In this document: positions 12,061-25,380 of the stretch, piece after piece
Layout of the letters: each line of letters begins with the position of its first letter
How positions within the stretch are numbered: position 1 is the stretch's first letter
Source of the DNA: Azolla caroliniana
Lineage: Eukaryota; Plantae; Polypodiophyta
Direction: 5' to 3'
Assembly: GCA_043228905.1 (NCBI GenBank)
Contig: JBHGNT010000006.1
Span: 14,756,001 to 14,820,000 of the forward strand
Length of the DNA stretch: 64,000 bases
Notes under the pieces: generated by a model
The model's database searches: none
Seen by the model: only the letters and a program-made list of their open reading frames with translations
Told to the model about the DNA's origin: nothing
Program-made: the position numbers and the translations under genes

Positions 12061-14416
12061 AAACCGGGTGGCAAGGAGATGGAAAATCAACCGGAGGCTA
12101 GCAACATGATGATGATGTTCGAGCGCATGCTACAAGAACAACGCGCGATGTCGGAGATAGCGGCATCAGTGGAGCGGCTCGTGCAACGAAACGGGCAATT
12201 CAACAGGAAAGATGTGTCGCGGTATCTTCGGGACTACAAGGCGGAGATGCTACGGTGCGGAATATCGGAAGGACTGCAAGTGACGTCCTTCAACCGGGTG
12301 GCGACCGACGGGCTTCAAGCAAACATCCATGGGCTACGACAACAAAATCCGACATGGGAGGCGTTTGAAGAAGAGCTAAAGAGGACGTTCACCATCGAGG
12401 ATTCCTCCAAGGCGACGCGAAGGGGATTCGAAGATTGGGTGGAGACACCGGACAAGTGATTGAAGGTCGTTGATGTGTTTTCGGCATTCGAAAGCCGGTT
12501 CGGGAGGTTGTCCGCGAGAGATCAAGCTATCCTCGTACCGGACAAGGTGATCATGTTCTTGCGAGCCGTGGACGTCCGGGACCGGAAAGATCTCAGAGTG
12601 CTCTTGGAGGACACGACCACGGAGAGTGGCCTCACCGAAACATGGGAAAGCGTGCGGGATATCGTCGCGCGATACACGAAGAGGGAGCAATGACTTGCCA
12701 ACGAGGAAAAGAGGGTTTCGGAACCGATTCCGAAACCGAGAACCGGATTGGAAGACCATCAACCGAGGGCTCGGGAGACTACAACCAAGAAGGGGATTGA
12801 TGCATCTACGGTGGAGCAACTATTGAAGGAGATGGAGAATCTGAAGATCGCGATGGTGAAGAAGTCAGATGACCGCCCCACAAGCTCCAAGTATACGGAC
12901 CGACGGTGCATATGGTGCGATAGCGCCGAACACGATCGGAGGGATTGCGACGAGCATAAGGAGGCGCTACGACGGGATCTCATCTACTACGAGGGAAACC
13001 GGATTCATTCGATGGACTCTCGGAAGCCACTCCGACCGAACTTCCAGAAAGGCGGCGTGAAGAAGGTGCTCGAGGAGGAATTGGCAGCAAGAAGCAACTA
13101 TGTGACAACCACGGGAATATGTGTCGGGGAGTCATCGAGAGCAAAGACGTCTTTTTGGCCGGAAGTTCTAGAAAACACCGAGAAAACCGACTCCAACGAG
13201 ATCCGAAGCACCGCGGAAGGCATCCAGGAAGCTACGGGATGGGAGTGCCCTGTCGACAAGAATAGCGTATACGCCCTGTGTCAATTGCATAAGGTGTATG
13301 TGGACGAGAAACGACGACGCACGGAGGATGCGGCCGGGCCATCGAAGATACCGGAAAGCTGGAACTCCGGAGGTAAGGGAAAAGAAAAGGCGACTCCGGC
13401 ATTCAAGCTCGCCTCGGACATAGAACAACAAACCGACTTGAAAAGAGTGTTCGAGGAAAGAATCTTGGATAGCCGGGTAGATTTCTCGCTTCGGGAGCTA
13501 CTCGGAATAGCAAAGAAGGAGTTCCACGATCTTCTCGTGGATCTCGTGAAGCGAAAAAGACAAAGTACGGAGGAAAATGCTCCAAGGGTGAATGCGAACA
13601 CCGTTTTAATGAACGACATCGAAGTGGAGGACGAAATTCCGAACTCCCACTATACAAGGCCACATTGGGCACGCGCGACTACGGAGACTCCGGTCCGAAT
13701 CGGCAACATCAAAGAACCCATGCTAGCATTGATTGATCACGGATCGGAGATCAACTTGATGTCCAAGGAGTTCTACCAGAAGGGGAAGTGGCCTATTAAC
13801 ACCAACCATGGATGGAAGATTCAGGCGGCCACCAAAGCAACGGAAGATCTATTTGCGGCTTGTCCGGATGTGACGGTGAAGATCGGGGATGTCGAGATCG
13901 ACCAAAATTTCTTCGTGCAAGATGAGGTTTCACATTCCGTCATCCTCGGCCAACCCTTTATCATGGCATCACGGATGGAGACGAAGGTGCTCGATAGCGG
14001 TGCGGCTTTTGCGCGAATTCGGAGCCAAAACGGTGGGAAATCCGTCCAATTCCTAACGGTGCCAGCAAATCACGAAAGGAACAAGAGGGAACTCTTGTCC
14101 CAAGTGAGAATGGATTTTTAAAGCGGACTGTTGCGGAGTGGGGAAGTGATAGTCCGAGAAGCCCTGATACCCCACACAGGAAGAAAACTCTCAGAGCAAA
14201 ACATGTACGAATCGGTCCGGATGGAGCATCTACGTACACGACCGTAACTGGAGGATTGAAGAAAGGATACCGACAAGTGGAGGATAAGTTGCGGTCGGCA
14301 TCAATAATAAAAGAAGATGAAGAAATCACAGGGATAGTCGAAGAAGTGTTCTATGGGAGCACACTACAACGACTTGAAGAGCTTGCGGAAGATAAAAGCC
14401 AAGGGAACCTGGTAGT

Positions 14417-17400
14417 TGTTGGGATTTCGGTCCCTCCGGATGGGATGTCCGGAGATGAATGACGGCAAGCCCGGCTGCGATTACGGAGCCGGATGATGAA
14501 GACCCCGGCTACGGAGCCGGATGACGAAGACCCCGGTTACGGAGCCGGATGACGAATGTACCCGGAGAGAGATCCGGATGCGGGGACATATTTGTGAATA
14601 CGTTTGCTAAGAGCCCTTGAGGCTATATTTGTAAATAGCCCGAAAGTCATATGTGTATAAATATGACTTAGGGCAAACAGTTTATGTTGTTGCTCATTTT
14701 ATGTTTTCAGTCGAGAGAGCGAAGTGAGAGCAGCCGGAGAGAGAGAGAGAGAGAGAGACGAAGAGGTCGTTGCCTCTGTGTATTGCCGCCGCCTGTGGCG
14801 AAGACAGTGAGCACAAGGTTGTTGCCTTGTAGCTTCACCATTGTACATCCCTGTTCATAGTGATGGTTGGAGTTTGAGAACTCCCGTGGTTTTTTCCCAT
14901 TTAGGGTTTTCCACGTAAAATATTCTGTGTACTCTCTCTTTCTATTGTCTCGTGCATTCTGTTTTTCCTTGTTTTCCAAGTGTTGATCCTATTCCTCGGT
15001 TGTGGCCGAGCACTGTTTTACAACAAAGTGGTATCAGAGCGACGGTAACACAGAAAATGGAAGGCGGCGGTAGTGGGCCTCCGGGCATGATGGTGTTGAA
15101 CTCACAGAACTACGCCGACTGGAAGATAAAGATGGAAGACCTTCTCATCGTCCGAGACCTGTACGAACCGATCGACAATGCCGAGATACCCAAGGGGGTA
15201 ATAGAGTCGGAGTGGAAGCTCCTGAACCGGAAAGCCGTAGCGACGATCCGGCAATATGTCGATGTAAGTGTCCTGCAACATGTGGCGAATGATACGAACG
15301 CCTATGAGATGTGGAAGAAGCTGTCGGGCCTCTACGAGAGGAAGAATGCGTTGAACCGGACCTCCCTGATGAGGAAGATAGTGAACCTCAAGTACCGGGA
15401 CGGCGAGAATATGGTGGAACACGTGAGCACGTTCATGGGATTCGTGAACCAGCTTGCGGCGATCAAGTTCCCGTTGGAGGATGCAATGCAAGCCATCATT
15501 CTGATGTGTACATTGCCGGAAAGCTGGGAGAACTTGGTCGTGACTCTCAGCACCTCCTGCACCGAAGATAACTTGTCTCTACAAACGGTAAAGACAAGCA
15601 TTTTGAACGAAGAAGCGCGTCGGAGAGATAAGGAACAGGTTTCCGATCCGAAGATGCTGCTTACCGAATCGGAACGAGGAAGACATTGGAACCGGAGTCC
15701 GAAAAGACGGGAGAAGTCGGGGACCCGGTCGCAGTCAAGAGGAAGACCCACATGCTTCCACTGTGGGAAGCCGGGGCACTTCCGGAAGAATTGTCGGCAT
15801 TACCGAAAGGACAACGGTGCCGACGACACCGATTCGAAGAAGTCACCGGAGAGAAACGGTGCATACCGGGGAGCCACGAACCGGAGAGGTCCGGATCGGC
15901 GAGGGCAGGACCGGAAAGGAACGACGGCACTCGCGGCAAGTGAAGAAGAGATAATGCTCATTACCGAAGAAAGGGAGCTGAACCTTGCCGGTGTAGAGAT
16001 GACCTGGGTGGTCGATTCCGGAGCGTCGTTCCACCTAACCCCGGAGAAGAAATACTTCTCATCCTACACAGCCGGAGAGACGGCTGTGTCCGGATGGGAA
16101 ATGAAGGCACATGCCGGATTGCCGGCATAGGAGACGTGTGGCTGATGACATCAACCGGATGCAAGATGCTGCTGAAGGATGTTCGACACGTTCCGGAGGT
16201 TCGATTGAACCTGATTTCGGCCGGGAGGCTAGACGATGAAGGCTACACGGGTAGCATCCGGAACGGTGTCATGAAGTTCAGCAAAGGGAGCCTGATAGTG
16301 GCTCGGGCCCGGAAGATCAACACACTGTACCTGATGAATTCCCGGCTATGTCCGGAGGAGCTGAACGTGGCAGCTGACACTGCCGGTGAGCTATGGCACA
16401 AGAGACTGTGCCACATGAGCGAGAAGGGGATGAAGAGGCTTGCAGAAGACAACCTTATTCCAGTGAAGCATGTGCACCTGGAGAAGTGCACCGACTGCCT
16501 GGCCGGTAAGCAAAACCGGACCTCCTTCCACTCAAGGCCACCGACGAGACGTAGTGCACCATTGGAGTTGGTGCACACTGACGTTTGTCAGGTAGAAACG
16601 AAGTCACATGGCGGAGCCCAGTACTTTGTAACATTCATAGATGACCATAGCCGGAAGCTGTGGACGGCACCGTTGAAGACAAAGGACCAAGTATTGTCCG
16701 TCTTCAAAGAACTTCACGCGAGAGTGGAAAGGGAATCCGGCAAGAAGCTGAAAGCGATACGAGCGGATAACGGAGGGGAATACCGAGGGCAGTTCGCGGA
16801 GTACTGTCGCTCGAAGGGAATCCGGCTCGAGTTTACTGTGCCGAAGACGCCGGAACTGAACGGGCTAGCCGAGAGGATGAACCGGACCATAATGGAGAGG
16901 GTCCGGAGTATGCTGGCGCATGCGAAATTACCCAAGGGGTTTTGGGCTGAGGCAATGTCGACGGCGACATACGTGATAAACAGATCACCCTCAGTACCTT
17001 TGGACGGAGACACGCCGCAGAGAGTGTGGACCGGTAGGGAAGTATCCTACCGGCATCTGAAGGTGTTCGGGTGTCTCGCATATGTGCATGTGGCAAAGGA
17101 CCGGAGAGGAAAGCTAGACCCAAAGACCCGGCCATGCATATTCCTCGGTTACGGCGATGACGAGTTCGGCTACCGAGTATGGGACCCGGTCGACAAGAAG
17201 ATATTCCGGAGTCGTGATATCATCTTCATGGAGAACAAGACACTCGCCGACTGGGAGTCGGAGAAGAAGATGAAGAGCTCCAAGTCGACCGGTGAGGATC
17301 AACTCTACGAGGAGCAGTCCCGACCGGCAAGGGACCGGTTAGCACTCGAGGATCCGGCCGAAGACGGTGAAGAAATAGAACCGGCCGAAGAAGATGAAAA

Positions 17401-19748
17401 TGATACCGGAACCGGCCCCGATCCCGAAATGGATTCGGATGAAGAAGAATCGGAAGAACCGGTTACCGAATCTCCGGAACGGAGATATCCTCTAAGAGAG
17501 AGAAGGGCTCCCCGGAGATTTCCGGAACCAGAGCACGTGCTGCTAACCGACGAGGGGGAGCCGGAGAGCTTTGAAGAAGCGAAGCATGACACCCATAGCC
17601 GCAGGTGGTTAAGTGCCATGCAGGAGGAGATGGATTCCCTGCATGAAAACCACACATATGAACTTGTGGAGTTGCCGAAAGGAAAACGGGCACTCCGTAA
17701 CAAGTGGGTGTTCAAGCTGAAACCGGGAGATGCCGGAAACCCCCCGAGATACAAAGCCAGGATCGTGGTGAAGGGGTTTCAGCAGAAGAAGGGCGTCGAC
17801 TTCGACGAGATATTTGCCCCGGTAGTGAAGATGACCTCCATCCGGACGGTGCTGAGCATAGCGGCAAGCATGGACCTCGAGATAGAACAGATGGACGTGA
17901 AGACGGCATTCCTTCACAGTGACCTCGAAGAAGAGATCTACATGTAGCAACCGGAAGGATTCGAGAAGAAAGGGAAGGAGCACCTGGTATGCCGGTTGAA
18001 GAAGAGCCTTTACGGTCTGAAGCAGGCTCCCCGGCAATGGTACCGGAAGTTCGACTCCTTCATGACAGACGAAGGGTACCACAAAACGCAGTCCGATCAC
18101 TGCGTGTTTGTGAAGAAGTTCGAAGGAGGAGACTTTCTAATACTCCTCCTGTACGTGGACGACATGTTGATCGTCGGACGAGACCAGGTCAAGATACGGA
18201 TGTTGAAGAAGGCTCTTCACCGAACCTTCTCAATGAAGGACCTGGGTCCGGCGAGGCAAATACTAGGGATGCACATCATCCGGGACCGGAAGAAGAAGCA
18301 GTTGTGGCTGTCACAGGAGAAGTACGTGACAAAGGTGCTTCACCGGTTCAACATGTCGGAAGCAAGACCGGTCGGTTCAACCCTCCCGGCAAACTGCAAG
18401 TTGTCCAGCAAGCAAAGCCCCAAGACAAAGGCTGAGAAGGAGGACATGATGAAAGTACCATACGCCTCTGCCGTCGGAAGCTTGATGTACGCAATGGTGT
18501 GTACAAGACCGGACATAGGATATGCAGTCGGAGTGGTGAGCCGGTACATGAGCAATCCCGGCAAAGAGCATTGGAACGCAGCCAAGTGGATACTTCGATA
18601 CCTGAAGGGCACGGCAAACGTGTGCCTCCGATTCGGCTCCGGTAAGCCCGAACTCGACGGCTTCACCGATTCGGATATGTCGGCTGATGCAGATACCAGC
18701 CGGTCCACATCAGGGTATGTGATGACGTATGCAGGGGGAGCTGTTTCATGGCAGTCGAGGCTGCAGAAGACAGTTGCGTTGTCAACCACGGAGGCGGAGT
18801 ACATGGCGGCTGTTGAAGCCGGCAAGGAAATAATATGGATGAAGGACTTCATTAGAGAGCTCGGTATCCGGCAGGAGGAGTACCGACTCTACTGCGACAG
18901 TCAGAGTGCCATCCACCTTGCGAAGAACGCGGCTTATCACTCCCGGACGAAGCACATCCAGCGAAGATATCACTGGATCCGGGAAAGGATAGAAGACAAG
19001 GAGTTCGTGCTGACGAAGGTCCACACGGACGAGAACGGGTCGGATATGCTGACCAAGGTGCTCACACCCGACAAGCTGGAAGCATGCCGGAAGAGGATCG
19101 GATTGGAGAGACATCCCATGCCGAAGTGAAGGGGGAGTTTGTTGGGATTTCGGTCCCTCCGGATGGGATGTCCGGAGATGAATGACGGCAAGCCCGGCTG
19201 CGATTACGGAGCCGGATGATGAAGACCCCGGCTACGGAGCCGGATGACGAAGACCCCGGTTACGGAGCCGGATGACGAATGTACCCGGAGAGAGATCCGG
19301 ATGCGGGGACATATTTGTGAATATGTTTGCTAAGAGCCCTTGAGGCTATATTTGTAAATAGCCCGAAAGTCATATGTGTATAAATATGACTTAGGGCAAA
19401 CAGTTTATGTTGTTGCTCATTTTATGTTTTCAGTCGAGAGAGCGAAGTGAGAGCAGCCGGAGAGAGAGAGAGAGAGAGAGACGAAGAGGTCGTTGCCTCT
19501 GTGTATTGCCGCCGCCTGTGGCGAAGACAGTGAGCACAAGGTTGTTGCCTTGTAGCTTCATCATTGTACATCCCTGTTCATAGTGATGGTTGGAGTTTGA
19601 GAACTCCCGTGGTTTTTTCCCATTTAGGGTTTTCCACGTAAAATATTCTGTGTACTCTCTCTTTCTATTGTCTCGTGCATTCTGTTTTTCCTTGTTTTCC
19701 AAGTGTTGATCCTATTCCTCGGTTGTGGCCGAGCACTGTTTTACAACA
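14417..19748 (+). mobile_element. full-length Ty1/copia LTR retrotransposon (Tork/Tnt1-like), very recent insertion
   Basis: 609-bp LTRs 14417-15025 and 19140-19748 (TGTTG...CAACA), two differences seen by eye. TSD GTAGT (14412-14416 / 19749-19753). PBS TGGTATCAGAGC 15029-15040 (tRNA-iMet). PPT GAAGGGGGAG 19128-19137. Gag-PR-INT-RT-RH 15057-19129 with one frameshift (about 16080) and one TAG (17945-17947). Confidence 0.97.
14482..14570. repeat. 28-bp tandem repeat x3 in copia LTR U3 (also in the 3' LTR from about 19205)
   Basis: TACGGAGCCGGATGA(C/T)GAAGACCCCGG(C/T) starts at 14482, 14510 and 14538. Confidence 0.9.
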
Positions 19749-22700
19749 GTAGTCCCGGTGGAATCGGTCGAGATGTACGAGATCATTGCGAAAATGGAGC
19801 CAGATACGCTCCACAAAGAAGAAGCAATGGTAAGTACGAAATACAAGACCGTGGAGAAGAAGGTGAAACCGGCCGCGGGACCACTACCCGTCGATAGTGA
19901 ACAAAAGAGGAAAGAAGTCTCGGGAGATCCGACACTTCGAAAGTCCATGGATATCAGACATGCCTTCACGGATGAGACCCGGAAGAAACTTCGGATCGGT
20001 GGAGGTGGGTTCCTATTACAAAAAGAAGAAGAACGGTTTCGCGAGATGTTGGAGCAACACGGCAAAGCGTTTGCATTTACATCAAGGGAGATAGGGTGCG
20101 TCGATCCGAGAATAGTGGAGCCGATGGTGATCTTCACGATTGACCATGTACCGTGGAACCTGAAGCCGATTCCGGTGCCACGAGCGCATATTCCGAAAGT
20201 CATTGACTTGCTCAAGGAGAAGGTGGCGATGGGGATTCTAGAGCCATCAACTGCTCCGTACTCAAATCGATGGTTTACGGTTCCGAAGAAGAATGGGTCA
20301 CTCCGATTTATCCAAGACATGCAACCGGTGAATAAGGTCACGATCCGGAACTCGGGAGTCGGTCCGATAGTGGACGAATTTGCGGAAGCTTTTGCCGGTC
20401 GTGCGATATACTCCATCGGAGACCTATACTCAGGGTATGACCAATTCCAACTAGCCGTGGAGAGCCGAGACATCACAACCATGCGAACACCGATAGGATT
20501 AGTCCGAATGTGCACACTACCACAAGGAGCGACAAACTCGGTTGCTCATATGATGAACGTGATGAACAAGGTGCTTCGAGACTGCATTCCGGAGATAACG
20601 ATGCCGTTCCTCGATGACATTCCGATGAAAGGATGTGCAGTAGAAGAAAAAGATGAGACTATGGATGATCGGGGATGCCGAAAGTTCATGGTCGACCATA
20701 TTCATGATTGCGAGAAAGTGTTGCGAAAGCTAGAAGATGTGCACCTAACACTTTCCGGGGAGAAATCAGCATTCGGGCAAGAAGAAATATTGGTGGTCGG
20801 ACATCTATGTGGGCCCTACGGCCGAAGACCGTCACCAACAAAGATCGATGCGATTCAAGCTATGGAGGAAGTATGCGAGTCAACATCCGAAGTCCGAAGG
20901 TTTCTCGGTGCATGTGCATTCTATCACATATGGATTCCGCACTATGCACAGATAGCGGACCCGCTCTACCACTTGTTGTGGAAAGGTAAGAAATTCAAAT
21001 GGAAACCGGAACACACCAAAGCCATGAAAAAATTGAAGAAGACACTTCGGAGGGCGGAAGCACTTAAGAAGCCGAGCTACGACCGACCGATCATAGTAAC
21101 GGTTGATACAAGTCCAACCGGTATCGGGTGGGTCATCAATCAAGCCGACTCAGATGGTTCGCAGTATCCGATCCGATTCGGAGCAAAGGTTCTCAATGAA
21201 AGGCAACGTGGATATGCACAAGTCAAAAGAGAACTGTGGGGAGTCGTGTCGGCGATAAAATCGGATCAGGATTATTTGATCGGAGCTGAAGTGATGATCG
21301 AGACGGATTATCTTCTGATACTCGGGATGATGCGGTGTTGTACGATACCGGATGTAGCTATGCTAAGGTGGGTTGCATATGTCAAGTCGCTTAATCCGGA
21401 GGTTCGACACATCTCGGGGAAGGACAACGCGGTAGCGGATATGTTATCAAGGGCTCGGTTCGGAGACGACATAACCGAATCGGATAATGAAGAAGTTTCC
21501 GAAGACTACTTCGCGTCGGAGCACATATGCCGAGTGAACGTAATCCGAGAATTCCGGGAAGAAGAATACGAGGGAGAAAGCTTGATGATCGGAAAGATGT
21601 TACAAGAGGCCGAGGATTCAACAAACGATAAAGGAAGAAGAGTCGAGATTTGAAGGAAGAAGAGGCAAGTCCAAAAGTTCTTCTTGGAAAACGGATTAAT
21701 ATGGAGGGCGCCGAAAAGACCGGATGGTATACCACTTCGAGTAGTCGGGACAAAAGAGCAACGAAACCAGATAATGTCTGAGTTTCACGAATCCGATTGG
21801 GCTGGACACCGAGGAACATGGGCAACATTTGTGAAGATCAAGCAAAAATATTGGTGGAAGAAAATGTACAAAGATGTCGCGGAGTTCACGGAAAGTTGTG
21901 AGAAATGTCAAGTCTACTCCGGGGTTCAACATCGAGATGAGTTACATCCGACATTCTCACCGACAATCAACTTCAAGTGGATGGTCCACATAGTGGCCAT
22001 GCCGACCGGGATCGGACAAAAGAAATACTTGGTATTAGCTCGGGAAGATCTCACGAATCAAGTAGAAGGTCGAGCGCTTCAGAGGAAAACGTGTTCCGCG
22101 GTATGCCAATTTCTTTTGGAGGAAGTATTTTGCAGGTACGGGTGCGTAGGACAAGTGATTGCGGACCGGGGAGAACTTGACTCGGACAAAGCTAGGGGAT
22201 TCTTCGCCAAACACGGAGTTCGGTTATCGCTGACAACGGCATACAATCCGGAGGCCAACGGGAAAATCGAACGAGGACATAGTCCAATCGTGAAAGCACT
22301 TGCGAAGGCATGCGATGGCAAGGTGAAGAACTGGCCGCAGATGCTTCCGTATGCACTATGGGCGGATCGGACGACGCATAGCTCCGTAACCGGTTACATG
22401 CTGGCAGAACTCATGACCGGACAAGCACCGGTAATGCCGACGGAAACCGCGATCGCAACATGGACAGTGCTACCATGGAAGGAAGAGATGAGCCGGGAAG
22501 AACTACTAGCGGTCCGGATACGACAACTAGAGGGAAGACCGGCAGACATAGCGGAAGCAATACGCCGACAACAAGAAGCACGATTCCGGAACAAAAGCCG
22601 GTTCGACACAAAGCACCGACTACGACCGGGGAGGATTGAAGAAGGAGATTGGGTGATCGTCTATGACAGTAGTTTGGACCATCAACATACAACGATGTGG

Positions 22701-23755
22701 AAATTCGTGAAAAGGTGGTTCGGGCCATACGAGGTTCGGAAAGTCTTCGACAACGGAACGTACCAACTGTCCGAGTTGGATGGAACAATACTACAAGTGC
22801 CTATAGTTGGGAAGCGGGTGAAGATTTTCAAGAAGCGGACCGACGACAAACCCTATGTGATCCAAGCCAAGGCCGACAACGAGGAGCAATCAGACGAAGA
22901 CCACGGTGACTCGGGAAGCGAAGAAAGTGAATTACAACTCATTGTCGACATAAGAGGAGAATCGAAGGAAGCTTTGGGTGAAGACAGATATGAGGAATCG
23001 AGAACTTCGGCACATACCGGATGATGTGCGGGTTCGGAGGGGGCGAGTGTCGTAGTGTATTCCACACACTACGTGAAAACCATAAAATAATATATCCGAT
23101 TTTAGATACATATAAATAAATAAATAATATATCAAAACATTTATCACGTGCATAGGGCAAGATTTGAACCCTACACCTCCACGTAGATAAACCCCAACTT
23201 TACCATTGTAATAACTTATCTTTAGTGTTATACATATAGATTTAATACGTATAAGACCTTTATTTACACATACCTTTATTAAAAGATAAAAATCATGTAT
23301 TCTTTAGGGTGTGAATATTTTATTTACACGTGACATTAAAAGTGACTCATGCACATCTAGCGTGCATGAGCCCTATACTTAGGGAATGACAAAGCATCAC
23401 ATGCACATTTAGTGTGCATGGACACTTTTGGTGAAAAAGCATGAAGCCATGCTTAGCCTCTTCCATCTTTATATAAGGAGGAGAGAAATATGTATAAGGT
23501 TGTTGATTAATATACAAGGATTGATCAATCTAATATATTCGTGGGATTCACGAAATTTGCCATCTAAATTACCCTTATAATCTAAATATTGTTTTAAATA
23601 CACTAAACTCGTGGGATTCACGAGATTGCTATCTTACTTCTCTTTCCACTATTCATAACTAGCCTTAAGTTGTATTCCTCTTCCTCCTAGTCAAAAACCT
23701 CGGCGGTTCCCACCCAACTCACGCAACGATCCGGAGCCGAAAGGCACGACAACGT

Positions 23756-24225
23756 CACTTAGAGTGTCCCTAGATCCGTGATATGTGAACTCCTCGTGAC
23801 TATTTTCTGGCCCAGCTTTAGTTTCTTCCAACTCAATTATGAATATATGCTTTGTTTGGACATTGCCTCCAATTTCCATTTTCATAATGGTGGCAAAAAC
23901 ATGTTGATTCTCTAACTGCATTACAATGACCATCCTTCATATAATAACCATTAACATTGTGAAAAGGTCGCAATTCAGGGTATCCTTGGCACTCCCATGT
24001 CTTCTCTCTATTTACTCAATCTATCCTCACTTCTCGAAATACACGTTTCATATCTTGAACTTATGAGGAGTAAACATCAATCGCACTAGAAAATATATTA
24101 GTTCTTAAATAATTCACCACGTGAGCGGCACAATTAATACTCACTCCATTGAGTCACCTTTATTGTTCAAAACGAAGTGTTCGCTTTATAATTGCACTTG
24201 GTCTGTCATGTTCAACTTTTCCTTC
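23756..24225 (-). pseudogene. DNA transposase remnant (Sola-like), upstream part
   Basis: Minus strand GKVEHDRPSAIIKRTLRFEQ*...INCAAHVVNYLR (degenerate HGKGxHDG motif) and STCFCHHYENGNWRQCPN (CFC..C motif). Confidence 0.5.
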
Positions 24226-24959
24226 ATAAATAATTAGTTATGGTTATTAGCTACTATAATGTAAATAGCTTATTAGTTTTTAGTATTTAATTAGTTATCG
24301 CTACTAGTTGATGTAGGTAATAGGTGATCTAGTATAATGCTTATTAGCTATTAGATGCTAAGTAGTTGTGGCCACAAGCTTATAAATAATTAGATAATTA
24401 GATAATCAAATAGTTGTGTCTAATAATTAATACCTAGAAATACTAATGTTGAGTGATCTAAGCTTATTGTCACTAATACAAGACTTAGATAAATGTAAAT
24501 AATTGAGTTACATCAAGAAGGTGAATGGGATGCTCCTTGTATTTCCTATACAAATTCTTCTTATTAGGTGATACCTACTCTTGTTAGTCCCAAATATGGT
24601 GATCATATCCTTGATTTCTGATATTATGGTCATCATTGGCTTTAGTCGAGCTGTCTAGCTTACCCTTTAACATTTCTCAATGTTTCCTTCTTTTTTTCCT
24701 AACCAATATTTTCTTATCATGTGATGTTTTCTAATGACCATATCCCTTTCATTAGGATTCATGAGGGCTATTGATAAACACTCTTCTTCACTTTCCATTG
24801 AAAAATCTTGATTAGCCAATGAAAAAGAAGAATGAGATCAAAATGGGGGAAAATAAAAAATGTTACATACGTTATATCGATTTGACTACATGTATTAAGA
24901 AGGAATGAGTATACCACATGCAAGAGGAAGGAAAATAATGAACATTACGAGTGAGGAGT

Positions 24960-25380
24960 AGTCGTCGTGGCGGTACTTGCAAAGGTGTAAGGAGCAATTG
25001 GAGCAGTTGTGCTTGTAGAGGTACTACAATGCAATGACAACAATACCACATGTTGAGGTAGTCACGAAGGAGCGCTGGCAACAACACTACTTGTAGAGGC
25101 GGTAATGAGCAATAGAGACAAAGGCAATAAGGAGTGATGACAACAATACCATGTGATGAGGTACCCACAATTGAGCAATGGCAAAAGCACTACTTGTAGA
25201 AGGTGGTTATGAGTGATGGCAACAACAATACTTTTAGAGGCGGTAATGAGTGATTGCAGCAAACAGAAGTCATAATGAAATATTGCAACATCAGTACATA
25301 CAAAGGCAGTACGAAGCAATTGCAACAATTGTACTTGCTTCTAGGCAATAAGGAGCGATGAAAACAATAACATGTGTAGA
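24960..25380. repeat. degenerate minisatellite
   Basis: Recurring G(G/A)CAACAA(C/T)ACTACTT(G/T)TAGAGG(C/T)GGT(A/T)ATGAG-like units. Confidence 0.5.

Larger units (their letters stand above)
11421..23751 (+). mobile_element. full-length Ty3/gypsy LTR retrotransposon (non-chromovirus, Phygy/Selgy-like) with nested copia
   Basis: 5' LTR 11421-12039 and 3' LTR 23048-23751 (TGTCGT...ACGACA). 4-bp TSD ACGT (11417-11420 / 23752-23755). PBS 12044-12060. PPT GGAGGGGGCGAG 23036-23047. Gag from 12079 with CIWCDSAEHDRRDC, protease LIDHGSEIN, RT LPQGATNS/FLDD and RNase H in 19725-21653, integrase 21684-23024. Several stop codons. Confidence 0.95.

Noticed and set aside
17945-17947. Programmed stop read-through (TAG CAA) in copia RT
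   Set aside because: It lies mid-RT at the conserved M-x-QPEG position, so a point mutation is the simpler explanation.
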